62,530 nt of DNA from an uncultured Chromatiaceae bacterium. Lineage in GTDB: Bacteria; Pseudomonadota; Gammaproteobacteria; Chromatiales; Chromatiaceae. A program made the translations under genes and the position numbers. The stretch covers positions 1 through 62,530 of the forward strand of contig CAYYHR010000002.1 of NCBI GenBank assembly GCA_964471705.1. Direction: 5' to 3'. The notes below the pieces were generated by a model. That model saw nothing but the letters and a program-made list of their open reading frames with translations. It searched no databases and was not told the origin of the DNA. Of this stretch, positions 10,012 to 21,973 are shown one piece after another. Within the stretch, counting starts at the first letter, position 1, and each line of letters starts with the position of its first letter.

Positions 10012-11091
10012 ATGAAGACCGCGAAGCTGGCACCCTCCATCCTGGCCTGGTTCGACCGCCATGGTCGCAAGGACTTTCCCTGGCAGCAGGATCCCAGCCC
10101 ATACCGGGTCTGGGTGTCGGAGATCATGCTCCAGCAAACCCGGGTCGGGGTCGTCGTTCCCTATTTCGAGCGCTTCATGGGCCGTTTCCCCGCCGTAGCT
10201 GACTTGGCAGCGGCAGATATTGACGAGGTTCTGCACCTCTGGTCCGGCCTGGGCTACTACGCGCGGGCACGAAACCTGCACATGGCAGCGCGCCGAATCC
10301 TTTCCGAGCACCATGGGCGTTTTCCGACAGATCTCCGACAGGTCCAGGATCTGCCCGGCATCGGTCGCTCCACGGCCGGGGCGATCCTGTCCCTCGCCCT
10401 TGGTCAGTGCCACCCGATCCTCGACGGCAACGTCAAACGGGTGTTGGCCCGCTGCTTCGCCGTTCCCGGGTGGCCGGGGCGAAGCGACGTGCTCAACCGG
10501 CTCTGGAGGCTTGCCGACGCCTGCACGCCAATGGCGGAGGTCGGTGCCTACAATCAGGCCATGATGGATCTGGGGGCTACGCTATGTACCCGCTGGGATC
10601 CGGATTGTGCCCGCTGTCCCCTCGCACAGGGTTGCATTGCCTCGGGCCGGGGCGAGCCGACTGCGTTCCCTGAGCCCAAGCCGCGCAGGATCCTGCCGAT
10701 CAGGCAGTCCCGAATGCTCCTGGTCCGTAATTCGATCGGGGCGGTCCTGTTGGAGCGTCGTCCTCCCAGCGGGATCTGGGGCGGACTCTGGAGTCTGCCC
10801 GAGTGCGATCCGGTGCAGGACGCCGCAGATTGGTGCCGACAGCACCTGGGTGTGCTTCCCCGGCGGGTTGAAAAGCTACCGGCGCGCCGTCATACCTTCT
10901 CCCACTTCCGTCTGGAGATTGAGCCGCTACAGGTCGATCTGCAGGGCGAGCCGGCGCTAGTAACCGATGGCGACCGGACCGCATGGTGTGACCCCCGTCG
11001 CCCCGGCGCGCTGGGCTTGGCCGCGCCCATCGCCGGATTGCTCCGGGAAGTCGTGGATAAACTAGAGCGAAAAAGAGGGGAATCGACATGA
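10012..11091 (+). CDS. mutY: A/G-specific adenine glycosylase MutY
   Basis: [24 protein letters not shown], Hh[22 protein letters not shown]6CX2CX5C Fe-S motif, HTFSHF. Confidence 0.98.
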   Translation: MKTAKLAPSILAWFDRHGRKDFPWQQDPSPYRVWVSEIMLQQTRVGVVVPYFERFMGRFPAVADLAAADIDEVLHLWSGLGYYARARNLHMAARRILSEHHGRFPTDLRQVQDLPGIGRSTAGAILSLALGQCHPILDGNVKRVLARCFAVPGWPGRSDVLNRLWRLADACTPMAEVGAYNQAMMDLGATLCTRWDPDCARCPLAQGCIASGRGEPTAFPEPKPRRILPIRQSRMLLVRNSIGAVLLERRPPSGIWGGLWSLPECDPVQDAADWCRQHLGVLPRRVEKLPARRHTFSHFRLEIEPLQVDLQGEPALVTDGDRTAWCDPRRPGALGLAAPIAGLLREVVDKLERKRGEST

Positions 11092-11351
11092 GCCGAATGG
11101 TTCACTGCGTCAAGCTGCACCGCGAAGAGGAAGGCCTCGACCGACAGCCCTACCCGGGCGAGCTGGGCAAACGCCTCTTCGAGGGTGTCTCCAAACAGGC
11201 CTGGCAGGACTGGCTGCGCCAGCAGACCATGCTCATCAATGAATACCGCCTCAGCCCCATGGACCCGAAGGCCAGGGCCTTTCTCGAAGAGCAAATGGAG
11301 AAATTCTTCTTTGGGGACGGCTCCGACCTGCCGCCCGATTACAGGCCGTAG
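11088..11351 (+). CDS. yggX: Fe(II)-trafficking / oxidative damage protection protein YggX
   Basis: [14 protein letters not shown]...[16 protein letters not shown]; follows mutY. Confidence 0.96.
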   Translation: MSRMVHCVKLHREEEGLDRQPYPGELGKRLFEGVSKQAWQDWLRQQTMLINEYRLSPMDPKARAFLEEQMEKFFFGDGSDLPPDYRP

Positions 11352-11433
11352 GGCTGAAGTAGACGAGCTGCAGACCCGACAGAGTCGCTTTGCTGCCTGG
11401 TTGTGTCGGTCAGCGAGATTCCTTCCCGGCCCC

Positions 11434-11694
11434 TTACCGATGCGCGGTCTCGGGAAGAACGATATTGAGCTCCAGAATCTCCCGAGTGTCCTCCTGCTCG
11501 TAATTGACGGAGACAGCGTTCGTGTCCACCTCCACGTATTTGCGGATGACCTCGAGAATCTCACGTTGCAATCGCGGCAGATAGGACGGGCGGCTACGCT
11601 CGGTCCGGTCATGGGCTACCAGGATCTGCAACCGTTCTTTGGCAACGGAGGCAGAGCCCTTGGGGCGCGATAAGAAGAGATCGAGCAGTCCCAT
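11434..11694 (-). CDS. minE: Cell division topological specificity factor MinE
   Basis: SASVAKERLQILVAHDR, YLPRLQREILEVIRKYV, LELNIVLP. Confidence 0.97.
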   Translation of the reverse strand: MGLLDLFLSRPKGSASVAKERLQILVAHDRTERSRPSYLPRLQREILEVIRKYVEVDTNAVSVNYEQEDTREILELNIVLPETAHR

Positions 11695-11697
11695 GAA

Positions 11698-12507
11698 TCA
11701 CCCCCTGAATAACCGACTGAAAAAGCCCTTCTTTTCCATATCCAAGAAACGCTGCGGAATCTCCTCCCCCAGGTAACGGGCAACAATGTCTCCGTAAGCT
11801 TGGCCGGCGTCGCTTTCGGTGTCCAGGATTACGGGCACCCCGGCGTTGGAGGCGCTGAGCACGGACTTGGATTCGGGTATCACGCCGAGCAGGTCCAGGG
11901 AGAGGATCTCCTGTACGTCTGCGACGCTCAGCATCTCGCCGTTGGCGACGCGCTCCGGTGAATAGCGGGTCAGCAGCAGGTACTCGTGGATGGGCTCGAC
12001 ATCGGTCTCGGCCCGCCGGGATTTGCTCGCCAGGATGCCCAGCATACGGTCGGAGTCGCGCACCGACGAGACCTCCGGATTGGTGACCACCACCGCATCG
12101 TCCGCAAAGTACATGGCCATGGTCGCCCCGTGCTCGATTCCGGCGGGGGAATCGCAGACGATGTAGTCGAAGCTCTCTGAGAGCTCATCCAGGACCTTGC
12201 CGACACCCTCTTTGGTCAGTGCCTGTTTGTCCCTGGTCTGGGAGGCCGGCAGCACGTACAGGCTGTCGCAGCGCCTGTCGCGGATCAGCGCTTGGTTGAG
12301 GTTTGCCTCTTCGTTGATCACGTTGACGAAGTCGTAAACCACTCGGCGCTCGCAGCCCATGATCAAGTCCAGGTTGCGTAGGCCGACGTCGAAATCGACC
12401 ACGGCAGTGCGATGGCCCTTCTGTGCCAGACCCATGGCCAGTGCCGCGCTCGTGGTAGTCTTGCCAACGCCGCCTTTGCCGGACGTGATAACAATGATTC
12501 TGGCCAA
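11698..12507 (-). CDS. minD: Septum site-determining ATPase MinD
   Basis: SGKGGVGKTT, DFDVGLRNLDLIMGCERRVVYD, PEVSSVRDSDR, C-terminal membrane-targeting helix KKGFFSRLF. Confidence 0.98.
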   Translation of the reverse strand: MARIIVITSGKGGVGKTTTSAALAMGLAQKGHRTAVVDFDVGLRNLDLIMGCERRVVYDFVNVINEEANLNQALIRDRRCDSLYVLPASQTRDKQALTKEGVGKVLDELSESFDYIVCDSPAGIEHGATMAMYFADDAVVVTNPEVSSVRDSDRMLGILASKSRRAETDVEPIHEYLLLTRYSPERVANGEMLSVADVQEILSLDLLGVIPESKSVLSASNAGVPVILDTESDAGQAYGDIVARYLGEEIPQRFLDMEKKGFFSRLFRG

Positions 12508-12583
12508 GATTCCGCCCTCCTTCAGGCGCGTGATTCGAATGCCGTCCTGATCTCGGCCAGGCTGGCCAACGATCGGATTCTCC

Positions 12584-13363
12584 TCAAAGCCTCTCTATGC
12601 GCAGGATTTCCTGATCCAGGAAGACCTGCACCGGTACCCCCTGGAGCACCTCCGGTATGTTTTCGCTCACGCGGTAACGTCCGGCTACGGAGACCAGCTC
12701 CGCCTTCAGATCCTGGCAAAAGATCCTGGTCCTGGGGTCACCGTTCAGCCCTGCCAGGGCTCGGCCCCGCAGTGGTCCGTAGATATGGATGTTTCCATCG
12801 GCCAGAAGCTCGGCCCCTGAGCTCACGGCTCCGACAACAGACAGGTCACAACCAGCGGCGTAGACGCGCTGACCGGAGCGAACCGGCTGGGTTATCAGCT
12901 TGGATGTACTGGCGAAGGCCGGCTTCTTCCTGTCCGGCCTCGCTTGCCTGGGATTGTCCGCAGTTGTTCGGGAGTCGGGCTTTCGTGCAGATGCGGTGGC
13001 GCCTGGCTTGGCTCTGCGGACGTAGCTGTCTCCCAGGATTGCCAGCTCCATGGCCTCGGCTGCCTCGTTCTGTCCGGCGTTGCCTCCGCGTACCCCGACC
13101 GGAATCATGCCGTAACCGCGCAGCAGACCCACGAGCAGCGGAAACTGGACATCGCCGGCGCCCGAAGGCAGGGCGGAGAGGTCGATGACGACAGGTGTGT
13201 TGCGGAAGAAATCCGGTGCCTGATCGACCTTGGCGCCAAGCTGCTCCGCAACCTCGTCCATCTCCGCCCCGAGCAGGCGGAGCAGGGGCAGGGTGAAGGA
13301 TGCCGCCTTGAGCTCGAAGGCTACGGGCGCGGCATCATGCGCTGTTTCTGGTTTGACCGCCAT
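12584..13363 (-). CDS. minC: Septum site-determining protein MinC
   Basis: APDFFRNTPVVIDL, PVRSGQRVYA, GAELLADGNIHIYGPLRGRALAG, AELVSVAG. Confidence 0.97.
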   Translation of the reverse strand: MAVKPETAHDAAPVAFELKAASFTLPLLRLLGAEMDEVAEQLGAKVDQAPDFFRNTPVVIDLSALPSGAGDVQFPLLVGLLRGYGMIPVGVRGGNAGQNEAAEAMELAILGDSYVRRAKPGATASARKPDSRTTADNPRQARPDRKKPAFASTSKLITQPVRSGQRVYAAGCDLSVVGAVSSGAELLADGNIHIYGPLRGRALAGLNGDPRTRIFCQDLKAELVSVAGRYRVSENIPEVLQGVPVQVFLDQEILRIERL

Positions 13364-13491
13364 GGATGTTTCTCGGGAGCTCCCCGTGCTCCAGGAAGGG
13401 CGCCACTCCCCCGTCTCGAGCGAGGGTAGTGCCGGAATGGCGCCAATGCTAACGCGAGAGCGCGGTCAGGCAAAGCGCCGTTTGCAGATCC

Positions 13492-13836
13492 TCAGCCGGG
13501 AGGCCACTGCATGGGTCGGCCACCCAGAAGGTGCAGATGCAGATGGTAGATGGTTTGGCCTGCGGCTGCGTTGCAGTTGATCACCGTGCGGTAACCGGCC
13601 TGCGCGATACTTTCGGCGGCTGCGATCTTTTTCGCGGCAAGAAACAGCTTGCCGACCAGCTCAGCATCTCCCGTCTCGAGGTCGTTTAGCGTGGGAATGG
13701 GCTTGCGCGGAATCACCAGAATATGGGTAGGTGCCTGGGGTGCGACATCCCGAAAGGCAAGAACGTCATCGTCCTCGTAGACGATGTCCGCCGGGATCTC
13801 GCCCGCGACGATCTTGCCGAAAAGCGTGTCTGACAT
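13492..13836 (-). CDS. hinT: Histidine triad nucleotide-binding protein (HinT-like)
   Basis: TLFGKIVAGEIPA, AFRDVAPQAPTHILVIP, HLHLHLLGG triad, WPPG end. Confidence 0.93.
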   Translation of the reverse strand: MSDTLFGKIVAGEIPADIVYEDDDVLAFRDVAPQAPTHILVIPRKPIPTLNDLETGDAELVGKLFLAAKKIAAAESIAQAGYRTVINCNAAAGQTIYHLHLHLLGGRPMQWPPG

Positions 13837-13914
13837 GAAGGTTTGCTCCGAATGGCTGTGCTCGCGATGCTCTGATAGAGAAATCCGGCGGTCCGAGTCG
13901 CCACCGACCCCGGA

Positions 13915-14517
13915 TCAGGTTTCGACTCCGCGGCGCCCTGCGAAGGCGTGGGCCAGGGTGCCGCCATCCACGTACTCCAGCTCACCTCCCAGCGGGACAC
14001 CGTGGGCGATACGGGTCGCCTTGACCTCGCAACGTGCGGCCATTTCGGCAATGTAGTGCGAGGTTGCGCTTCCTTCCACCGTCGGGCTGATGGCCAGGAT
14101 CAGCTCCTGGATCTCCTCGTTCCGCAGCCGACCTTCGAGCAGATCCAGCCCCAGCTCTGCAGGGCCGATTCCGTCCAGTGGCGAAAGTCTGCCTCCGAGC
14201 ACGAAATAGAGCCCGCGAAAGTCGGTGGCTTGCTCGATGGCCATGATCTCGGAGGGATGCTCGATCACACACAACAGGGAGCCGTCCCTGTGGGGATTTG
14301 CACAAAGGCCGCATAGCTCGCGCTCGCTCAGTGTACGACAGCGCTCGCAACGCTTGATCCGATCCATGGCTGCGGCGAGGACCGAGGCCAAGTGGCGCCC
14401 GCCTTCCCGGTCCCGCTGCAGCAGGTGAAAGGCCATGCGCTGCGCCGACTTCGGACCCACGCCCGGCAAGCAGCGCAGGGCGTCCACGAGCCGGTTGAGG
14501 AGGGAGCGTTCCGCCAT
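13915..14517 (-). CDS. recR: Recombination mediator RecR
   Basis: [12 protein letters not shown]4 zinc finger, [25 protein letters not shown]. Confidence 0.98.
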   Translation of the reverse strand: MAERSLLNRLVDALRCLPGVGPKSAQRMAFHLLQRDREGGRHLASVLAAAMDRIKRCERCRTLSERELCGLCANPHRDGSLLCVIEHPSEIMAIEQATDFRGLYFVLGGRLSPLDGIGPAELGLDLLEGRLRNEEIQELILAISPTVEGSATSHYIAEMAARCEVKATRIAHGVPLGGELEYVDGGTLAHAFAGRRGVET

Positions 14518-14520
14518 GGC

Positions 14521-14844
14521 TCAGAAGGGCAGCTTCATTCCGGGGGGCAGCTGCAGTCCGGAGGTGAGACCAGCCATGCTCTCCTGCATCTTTTCGCCGA
14601 CGCGCTGCACGGCGGCGTTGACCGCCGCCGCCACCAGGTCCTCCAGCATCTCCTTGTCGTCCTGCATTAGGGTGGCATCGATCTCGATCCGTTTGACCTC
14701 GTGTCTGCCGTTCATGGTCACCTTGACCAAGCCGCCGCCGGATTCACCGGTAACCTCCTCTTGGGCCATCTTTTCCTGAGATTTCTGGAGCTCTTCCTGC
14801 ATCTTCTGGGCCTGTTTGAGGATATTGCCTAGTCCGCCTTTCAC
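14521..14844 (-). CDS. ybaB: YbaB/EbfC family nucleoid-associated protein
   Basis: GTG start ([15 protein letters not shown]), [28 protein letters not shown]; dnaX-ybaB-recR synteny. Confidence 0.95.
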   Translation of the reverse strand: MKGGLGNILKQAQKMQEELQKSQEKMAQEEVTGESGGGLVKVTMNGRHEVKRIEIDATLMQDDKEMLEDLVAAAVNAAVQRVGEKMQESMAGLTSGLQLPPGMKLPF

Positions 14845-14851
14845 CTTGCAT

Positions 14852-16495
14852 TCACCTCTTGCTTCTGTTCTGCGATGGGCTCGTGGCCGGGGAAAGCTCC
14901 TGGCTCGTCGCCTCGATGCTTCCCGGCACCCAGCGGGCATCGAGCTCGTCCTGAAGGGACCTTACCACAGGGTCGTCCTTCATCAACGTCTCGGCTCGAA
15001 TCCGGCTCTCATCCTGGTGACGGGCCTGGCGCCGGGCCGGGGTCTCGCTCCTCGGGGTCGCGATGTGGATTTCCAGCTCGAGTGCATCGCCCAGCACGCC
15101 GGCCAGTGCGCCCTTCAACCTTTCCTCTGCGATTGGGACTCTCAGATTTCGACACTCGGGCTCGAGGGTCAGGGAGAGCCTCCGCCCGTCCCATCCGGCG
15201 AGCTCGCAATTGCGAGCCAGTTGGCTCGCCACTCCGCCGAGGGCCAGATCCGCTACCAGGCTGTGCCAATTCTCCGGGCGCGTCAGGTCCGGCCTTCCGC
15301 CGGGAGCTGGCTTCTGCACCTGGACCCCAGGCATCTCCCTTTTCGGTTTTGTGACCGCCGTTGACGATTGTGGCTCCTGCGTAGCGTGCGACGCCCGTGT
15401 TTCGCTTCCGGTGTCCGGCCGGAAGGCGAGCATACGCAACAGGACCATCTCGATCCCGGCTCGCGGGTCCGGGGCCAATGCCAGATCCTGTTGGCCCTGG
15501 AGGGCGATCTGATAGAAGAGCTGCACGTCTTCCGGTGCTATCTGCACCGCCAACTCCGCTATGCGTGCACCATCGGGGTCCTCCTCGCCGAGGGTTGCAG
15601 GTACCTCCTGGTAGAGGGCAATGCGATGCAGCAATCCGATGAGCTCTTGCAGCACACCGGCGAAATCGGGCGTCAGCTCGGCGATTCGAGCGACCTCGTC
15701 GAGAAGGCCGGGGCCGTCCAGTCGTGCCAGGGTCTGGAGCAGGTTCAGGCAGAGATCGCGGCTGACGGTACCCAACATGGTCCGTACCTCGTCCGTGGCC
15801 ACGCGACCTCCACCGAAGGCAATCGACTGGTCGAGCAGGCTCAGGCCGTCACGCATGCTGCCGTCGGCCGCGCGCGCCAAAAGGGCCAGTGCCTGGGGCT
15901 CGAGCTCGATCCCCTCCGCCTGCAGGATATGCGAGAGCTGCTCCCCGATCTGCTCAGGCAGCAGACGCTTCAGGTTGAGCTGAAGGCAACGCGAGAGCAC
16001 CGTCACCGGCACCTTCTGGGGGTCGGTGGTGGCGAGCAGAAATTTCACGTGAGGCGGGGGCTCCTCCAGGGTCTTCAAGAGCGCGTTGAAGCTGTGAGCC
16101 GAAAACATATGGACCTCGTCGATGAGGTACACCTTGAAGCGGCCCTTGACCGGTGCAAAGGGGACGTTGTCGAGCAGGTCCCGGGTCTGGTCGACCTTGG
16201 TGCGGGAGGCCGCATCCACCTCCAGGAGATCGACGAATCGTCCCTCGTCGATCTCTCGGCACGCACTGCACTGGCCGCAGGGCCTGGAGCTCACACCCTG
16301 CTCGCAATTGAGGGCCTTGGACAGAATGCGCGCCAGGGTGGTCTTGCCGACGCCTCGGGTCCCGGTGAACAGGTAGGCGTGATGGAGCTGTTCCCGATCC
16401 AGGGCGTTGCTCAGGGCCCGCACCACATGGGATTGTCCCACCATGTCCTGGAAGGACCTGGGGCGCCATTTGCGTGCCAGCACCTGGTAGGACAT
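14852..16495 (-). CDS. dnaX: DNA polymerase III subunit gamma/tau
   Basis: [21 protein letters not shown], zinc Cys cluster, [20 protein letters not shown] motif. Confidence 0.98.
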   Translation of the reverse strand: MSYQVLARKWRPRSFQDMVGQSHVVRALSNALDREQLHHAYLFTGTRGVGKTTLARILSKALNCEQGVSSRPCGQCSACREIDEGRFVDLLEVDAASRTKVDQTRDLLDNVPFAPVKGRFKVYLIDEVHMFSAHSFNALLKTLEEPPPHVKFLLATTDPQKVPVTVLSRCLQLNLKRLLPEQIGEQLSHILQAEGIELEPQALALLARAADGSMRDGLSLLDQSIAFGGGRVATDEVRTMLGTVSRDLCLNLLQTLARLDGPGLLDEVARIAELTPDFAGVLQELIGLLHRIALYQEVPATLGEEDPDGARIAELAVQIAPEDVQLFYQIALQGQQDLALAPDPRAGIEMVLLRMLAFRPDTGSETRASHATQEPQSSTAVTKPKREMPGVQVQKPAPGGRPDLTRPENWHSLVADLALGGVASQLARNCELAGWDGRRLSLTLEPECRNLRVPIAEERLKGALAGVLGDALELEIHIATPRSETPARRQARHQDESRIRAETLMKDDPVVRSLQDELDARWVPGSIEATSQELSPATSPSQNRSKR

Positions 16496-16670
16496 CGCGG
16501 GTCGAGGTTGCTCTTGAGCCGGAAGGTTTCGGAGTCTCGGAGTTTAACCGATGCCGGCGATACTTGGCATACATCGAGCCGGGATGCCATTTTGTCGATG
16601 GAATCAGAACGCTCGGAGCGGCCGTCTCTCGATGCTAAACTCGAGCTTTGGATTTCCGCCGTGCCCCGTC

Positions 16671-17222
16671 ATGAAGCTTTCTCCTCTCCTGCACTTCCTG
16701 CTCGGCATCTGGCTGGGGGGCTCCTTGATCCTCGGTGCCGTCGTTGCCTACGACTTTTCCGGATTCGACGATCTCTTCGCCCGCAATCCCAAGTTGCAGG
16801 CCCACGCGGGGTTTACGCCCGATGACGTCGATGCCAAGAAGAGCAGTCTCCTCTGGGTCCACTCCTCTGAGCTCAACCGGGTGTTCTTCGAGGTTTGGAA
16901 CCGTACCCAGCTGGTCCTCGGCGCACTGATCCTCGTCATCGGTGCCAGAAGTGGGGCAGGGCGCTTGCCTCTGGTCTTGCTGGGGGCGGCCACGGCGCTG
17001 GTCGGATTGGGGCACTTCGTCCTGGAGCCGCCGCTCGTCGACCTGGGGCGGCAGCTCGACTTCCTGCCCCGCGATCCGCCACCGCCCATGATGGAGGATT
17101 TCCAGCGGTACCACGGCATCTACTTCGCAGTCGAGAGCTTGCGTTTCGGGCTCTTAGTCGTCGCCACAGTCCTACTGCTCGTCTCCGCCATGCGTCCGAG
17201 AAATCCTGAAGGTGCCAAGTGA
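16671..17222 (+). CDS. Hypothetical 4-TM membrane protein (DUF4149/TMEM205-like)
   Basis: From ATG 16671: four hydrophobic segments, LGIWLGG near the N-terminus, F..YHG.Y..VE near the C-terminus. Family assignment is by recall only. Confidence 0.6.
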   Translation: MKLSPLLHFLLGIWLGGSLILGAVVAYDFSGFDDLFARNPKLQAHAGFTPDDVDAKKSSLLWVHSSELNRVFFEVWNRTQLVLGALILVIGARSGAGRLPLVLLGAATALVGLGHFVLEPPLVDLGRQLDFLPRDPPPPMMEDFQRYHGIYFAVESLRFGLLVVATVLLLVSAMRPRNPEGAK

Positions 17223-17323
17223 CGACCGGCCGGTGAAGGGCATTCCGGAATCTTCGTTGTGACCGGCTCGGGAAAACACGAGGATTCTTCGGGAAAGATC
17301 CCCGGGTGCCGCGGGTGCCTTCC

Positions 17324-17355
17324 AAAAAAAAAAGCGCGACGGGGGGCGTCGCGCT
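17324..17355 (-). terminator. Intrinsic terminator of the sRNA (and of msrA read-through)
   Basis: Minus strand AGCGCGACG-CCCCC-CGTCGCGC followed by 10 T. Confidence 0.9.
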
Positions 17356-17417
17356 AGAAGTTACCACCAAAGGAGGATGGAGGAGTGCACTGAAACGCCG
17401 TGCAGTGCTTCAGTACA
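17324..17417 (-). ncRNA. Putative small RNA with anti-Shine-Dalgarno CUCCU motifs (suhB / betaproteobacterial toxic-sRNA-like)
   Basis: Minus strand: 5' stem UGUACUGAA/UUCAGUGCA, then CUCCUCCAUCCUCCUUUGGUGG, then GC hairpin plus U10; own TTGACA promoter upstream. Confidence 0.7.
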
Positions 17418-17422
17418 TCAAC

Positions 17423-17451
17423 AGTTTCTTAAATACCGAAGTACTTGTCAA
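17423..17451 (-). promoter_or_regulatory. Sigma70-type promoter of the sRNA
   Basis: Perfect -35 TTGACA (17451-17446), 17-nt spacer, -10 GAAACT (17428-17423), and an A-tract (UP-element-like) at about 17466-17473. Confidence 0.6.
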
Positions 17452-17501
17452 GCGCGATTTCCGACTTTTTTTTGTTGGGCGTCCGATTTTTTCATGGGCT
17501 C

Positions 17502-18137
17502 TCAGTCGGGATAGGCGACCTGGCAACCGCCGAGTCCGCAGTAGCCCCCGGGGTTTTTGGCCAGGTACTGCTGGTGATAGTCCTCGGCATAGTAGAATTC
17601 CGGTGCCGGCAGAATCTCGGTCGTGATGGGTCCGCGCCCGGCACTTTGCAGGGCCGCGGCATAGCGTTCCCGGCTCGCCTTCGCGGCCACTTCCTGCTCT
17701 TCATCGTAGACATAGATTCCGGATCTGTATTGGGTTCCCACGTCGTTCCCCTGGCGCATGCCCTGGGTGGGGTCGTGGGCCTCCCAAAAGCAGCGCAGCA
17801 AGGTATCGAAGGGGATCTCTTCCGGGTCGAAGACCACCAGGACGACTTCGTTGTGACCCGTGAGCCCGGAGCAAACCTCGTCGTACCTGGGGTTGGGTGT
17901 ATAGCCGGACGCGTAGCCGACGGCCGTCGTGTAGACACCCGGCAGCTCCCAGAAACGGCGCTCGGCGCCCCAGAAGCAGCCGAGGCCGAACAGAGCGGTG
18001 CGTGTGCCTGGAGGATAGGGTGGGCGCAGCGGAACGCCCTTGACGTAGTGTCGGTCGGCCACCGGCATGGGATCATCACGCCCGGGGAGTGCCTCCTCGG
18101 GGCTGGGCATTTGTCGTTTGTCGCGGAAAATGTGCAT
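17502..18137 (-). CDS. msrA: Peptide-methionine (S)-S-oxide reductase MsrA
   Basis: GCFWGAE active site, [51 protein letters not shown]. Confidence 0.98.
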   Translation of the reverse strand: MHIFRDKRQMPSPEEALPGRDDPMPVADRHYVKGVPLRPPYPPGTRTALFGLGCFWGAERRFWELPGVYTTAVGYASGYTPNPRYDEVCSGLTGHNEVVLVVFDPEEIPFDTLLRCFWEAHDPTQGMRQGNDVGTQYRSGIYVYDEEQEVAAKASRERYAAALQSAGRGPITTEILPAPEFYYAEDYHQQYLAKNPGGYCGLGGCQVAYPD

Positions 18138-18207
18138 GGTCGGGGATCTCTGGTCTTTTCGAACCTCGGCCCGAAGCACTATGTGGGCCGGTGGATGGAC
18201 GAACAAG

Positions 18208-20017
<1,810 letters not shown>

Positions 20018-20165
20018 CGAGCCTTGTATCCCTGTGGCTGTCTTGCCTGCGGGAGCCGGGTGCTCGCGCATCGTCTCAGGTGTCACTGTGTCATAATCCT
20101 CGGATTGATGATTCCGGCAGCCCTCCCCACGCCGAAAATCTTCGGAATTCGGTACAGTCCTCAGC

Positions 20166-21068
20166 ATGAGTCTTCACGAAGCTAAAATCGGTCGCTCCAC
20201 CGCCTTCGATTGGTCGGAGCGATTGGCGCTCTATACCAGGTTGGTGCGTCTGAACCGGCCCATCGGAATTTTCCTTCTCATGTGGCCCGCTCTCTGGGCG
20301 CTTTGGATCGCTGCGCAGGGGATGCCTCCCTGGTGGATCGCGTTCATCTTCGTGGCCGGCGTCATCCTGATGCGCTCAGCCGGCTGTGCCATCAACGATT
20401 TTGCGGACCGCGACTTCGACGGTGGGGTCGCCCGTACCCGGGAGCGCCCGATCGCCACGGGGCTGGTGAGCCCGAGGGAGGCCTTCGGCGTTTTCCTGGT
20501 GCTCAGCCTTGTCGCTTTTTGCTTGGTCCTGTTTCTGGACTGGCGGACGATCCTCTTGTCGACGGTGGCCTTGGCGCTTACCATCGTCTACCCCTTCATG
20601 AAGCGCTTCACGCATGTGCCGCAGCTCTTCTTGGGGGCGGCATTCGGCTGGGCCGTGCCCATGGCATTTACCGCCATCACCGGCTCCGTGCCGCCGTTGG
20701 GCTGGCTGATGTTCGGCTCCGCGGTCGTTTGGGCACTGGTTTACGACACCCAGTATGCGATGGTGGACCGTGAGGATGATCTCGCGGTCGGCATCAAGTC
20801 GACGGCAATCCTCTTCGACCGCTATGACCGTCTGGTCGTCGGGCTCTTGCAGCTGCTGTTGCTGGCCTTGCTGGCCACCGTCGGCCATCTGGCGGGGCGT
20901 GGCCCCTGGTATTTTGCGGGGCTGGTCATCGCTGGGTCTTTGGCGCTGCATCACCAGTACCTGATTCGGGACCGCAAGCCTGCCGACTGTTTCCGGGCGT
21001 TTCTGGGGAACAACTACTTGGGCATGGCGGTGTTCCTCGGATTGGTGGCGGATTATGCTTTCGGCTGA
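20166..21068 (+). CDS. ubiA: 4-hydroxybenzoate octaprenyltransferase
   Basis: RLNRPIG, RSAGCAINDFADRDFD, YPFMKR, YDTQYAMVDREDD, KSTAILF. Confidence 0.97.
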   Translation: MSLHEAKIGRSTAFDWSERLALYTRLVRLNRPIGIFLLMWPALWALWIAAQGMPPWWIAFIFVAGVILMRSAGCAINDFADRDFDGGVARTRERPIATGLVSPREAFGVFLVLSLVAFCLVLFLDWRTILLSTVALALTIVYPFMKRFTHVPQLFLGAAFGWAVPMAFTAITGSVPPLGWLMFGSAVVWALVYDTQYAMVDREDDLAVGIKSTAILFDRYDRLVVGLLQLLLLALLATVGHLAGRGPWYFAGLVIAGSLALHHQYLIRDRKPADCFRAFLGNNYLGMAVFLGLVADYAFG

Positions 21069-21185
21069 GCGCGGCCGTCCGAAACGTCCGCTTCGGTCTG
21101 CATCTCAACGAGGCTCAGTCCATTGTGGGCGAAGTGGGCACGGGCCGGCGAGTGCGGGGCGGTTTCCCCGCCGAACCCTGGAGGA

Positions 21186-21854
21186 ATGAGAGCGATGATG
21201 GCGAGAGCTTTGTGGGGCGTCCTTTTCGGCGGGCTGATCGCGGTCCAGGTGTTTGCCTTCGAGGAAGGGACCGACTACACGAAGCTGGCAACGCCCCAGC
21301 CAACGGAGAGCGAGGACAAGATCGAGGTCCTGGAGGTGTTCCTGTACACCTGTCCCCACTGCTTCCATCTGGAGCCGACGATGGCGAAGTGGCTGGCCTC
21401 CAAGCCCGCCGATGTGGAATTCAAGCGCATGCCTGCGGTTTTCAGTCCGAGGGACGAGCCGTATGCCCGGGCCCATTACGCCGCCGAGCTCATGGGGAAG
21501 GGCGAGCAGTTTCACGCGGCCCTGTTCCGCGCGCTCCACGTGGAAAATCGGAATATCCAGGACGAGGATGCGTTGGTTGCCTTCGCCGAGGAGCAGGGAA
21601 TCGACGGGGATAAGTTTCGTAAAACCTACGACTCCTTCTTCGTCGACATGGAGGTACGCCGCAACGAAGAGATGGTCAAGCGCTATGGGGTCGATGCGGT
21701 ACCTACGCTCATCGTCGACGGCAAATACAGGACCAGCCCCTCCCAGACCGGCAGTCAGGAGCAGATGATGAAGGTGGTCGATTACTTGATCGGTATCGAG
21801 TCCCGACAGGCACCTGCCGAGCAAGCGCAACCAGCTGGCGCTAAAGACTCTTAG
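21186..21854 (+). CDS. dsbA: Thiol:disulfide interchange protein DsbA
   Basis: Signal peptide, FLYTCPHCF active site, cis-Pro loop VPT..VDGKY; exact start among nearby Met codons uncertain. Confidence 0.93.
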   Translation: MRAMMARALWGVLFGGLIAVQVFAFEEGTDYTKLATPQPTESEDKIEVLEVFLYTCPHCFHLEPTMAKWLASKPADVEFKRMPAVFSPRDEPYARAHYAAELMGKGEQFHAALFRALHVENRNIQDEDALVAFAEEQGIDGDKFRKTYDSFFVDMEVRRNEEMVKRYGVDAVPTLIVDGKYRTSPSQTGSQEQMMKVVDYLIGIESRQAPAEQAQPAGAKDS

Positions 21855-21973
21855 AGGGCTATCTCAGCGAGATTTGTCGATCTGTGATCATCTCGTTCTT
21901 GCCGGTCTGCGAGGACTCGGCTCGAAGTTTTCAGCCCGGGAGGCGGCGGGCGTCTTGCCCGCCGGTCGAGGTC

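Noticed and set aside
15320-15365. Programmed -1 frameshift site in dnaX
   Set aside because: The linker has ACAAAACCGAAAAGGG but no A AAA AAG heptamer or long A run, so gamma/tau frameshifting is unsupported.
16043-16052. parS-like core TTTCACGTGA, of interest because of MipZ
   Set aside because: Only the central part of the 16-bp parS matches, and it is explained by the conserved HVKF codons of DnaX.
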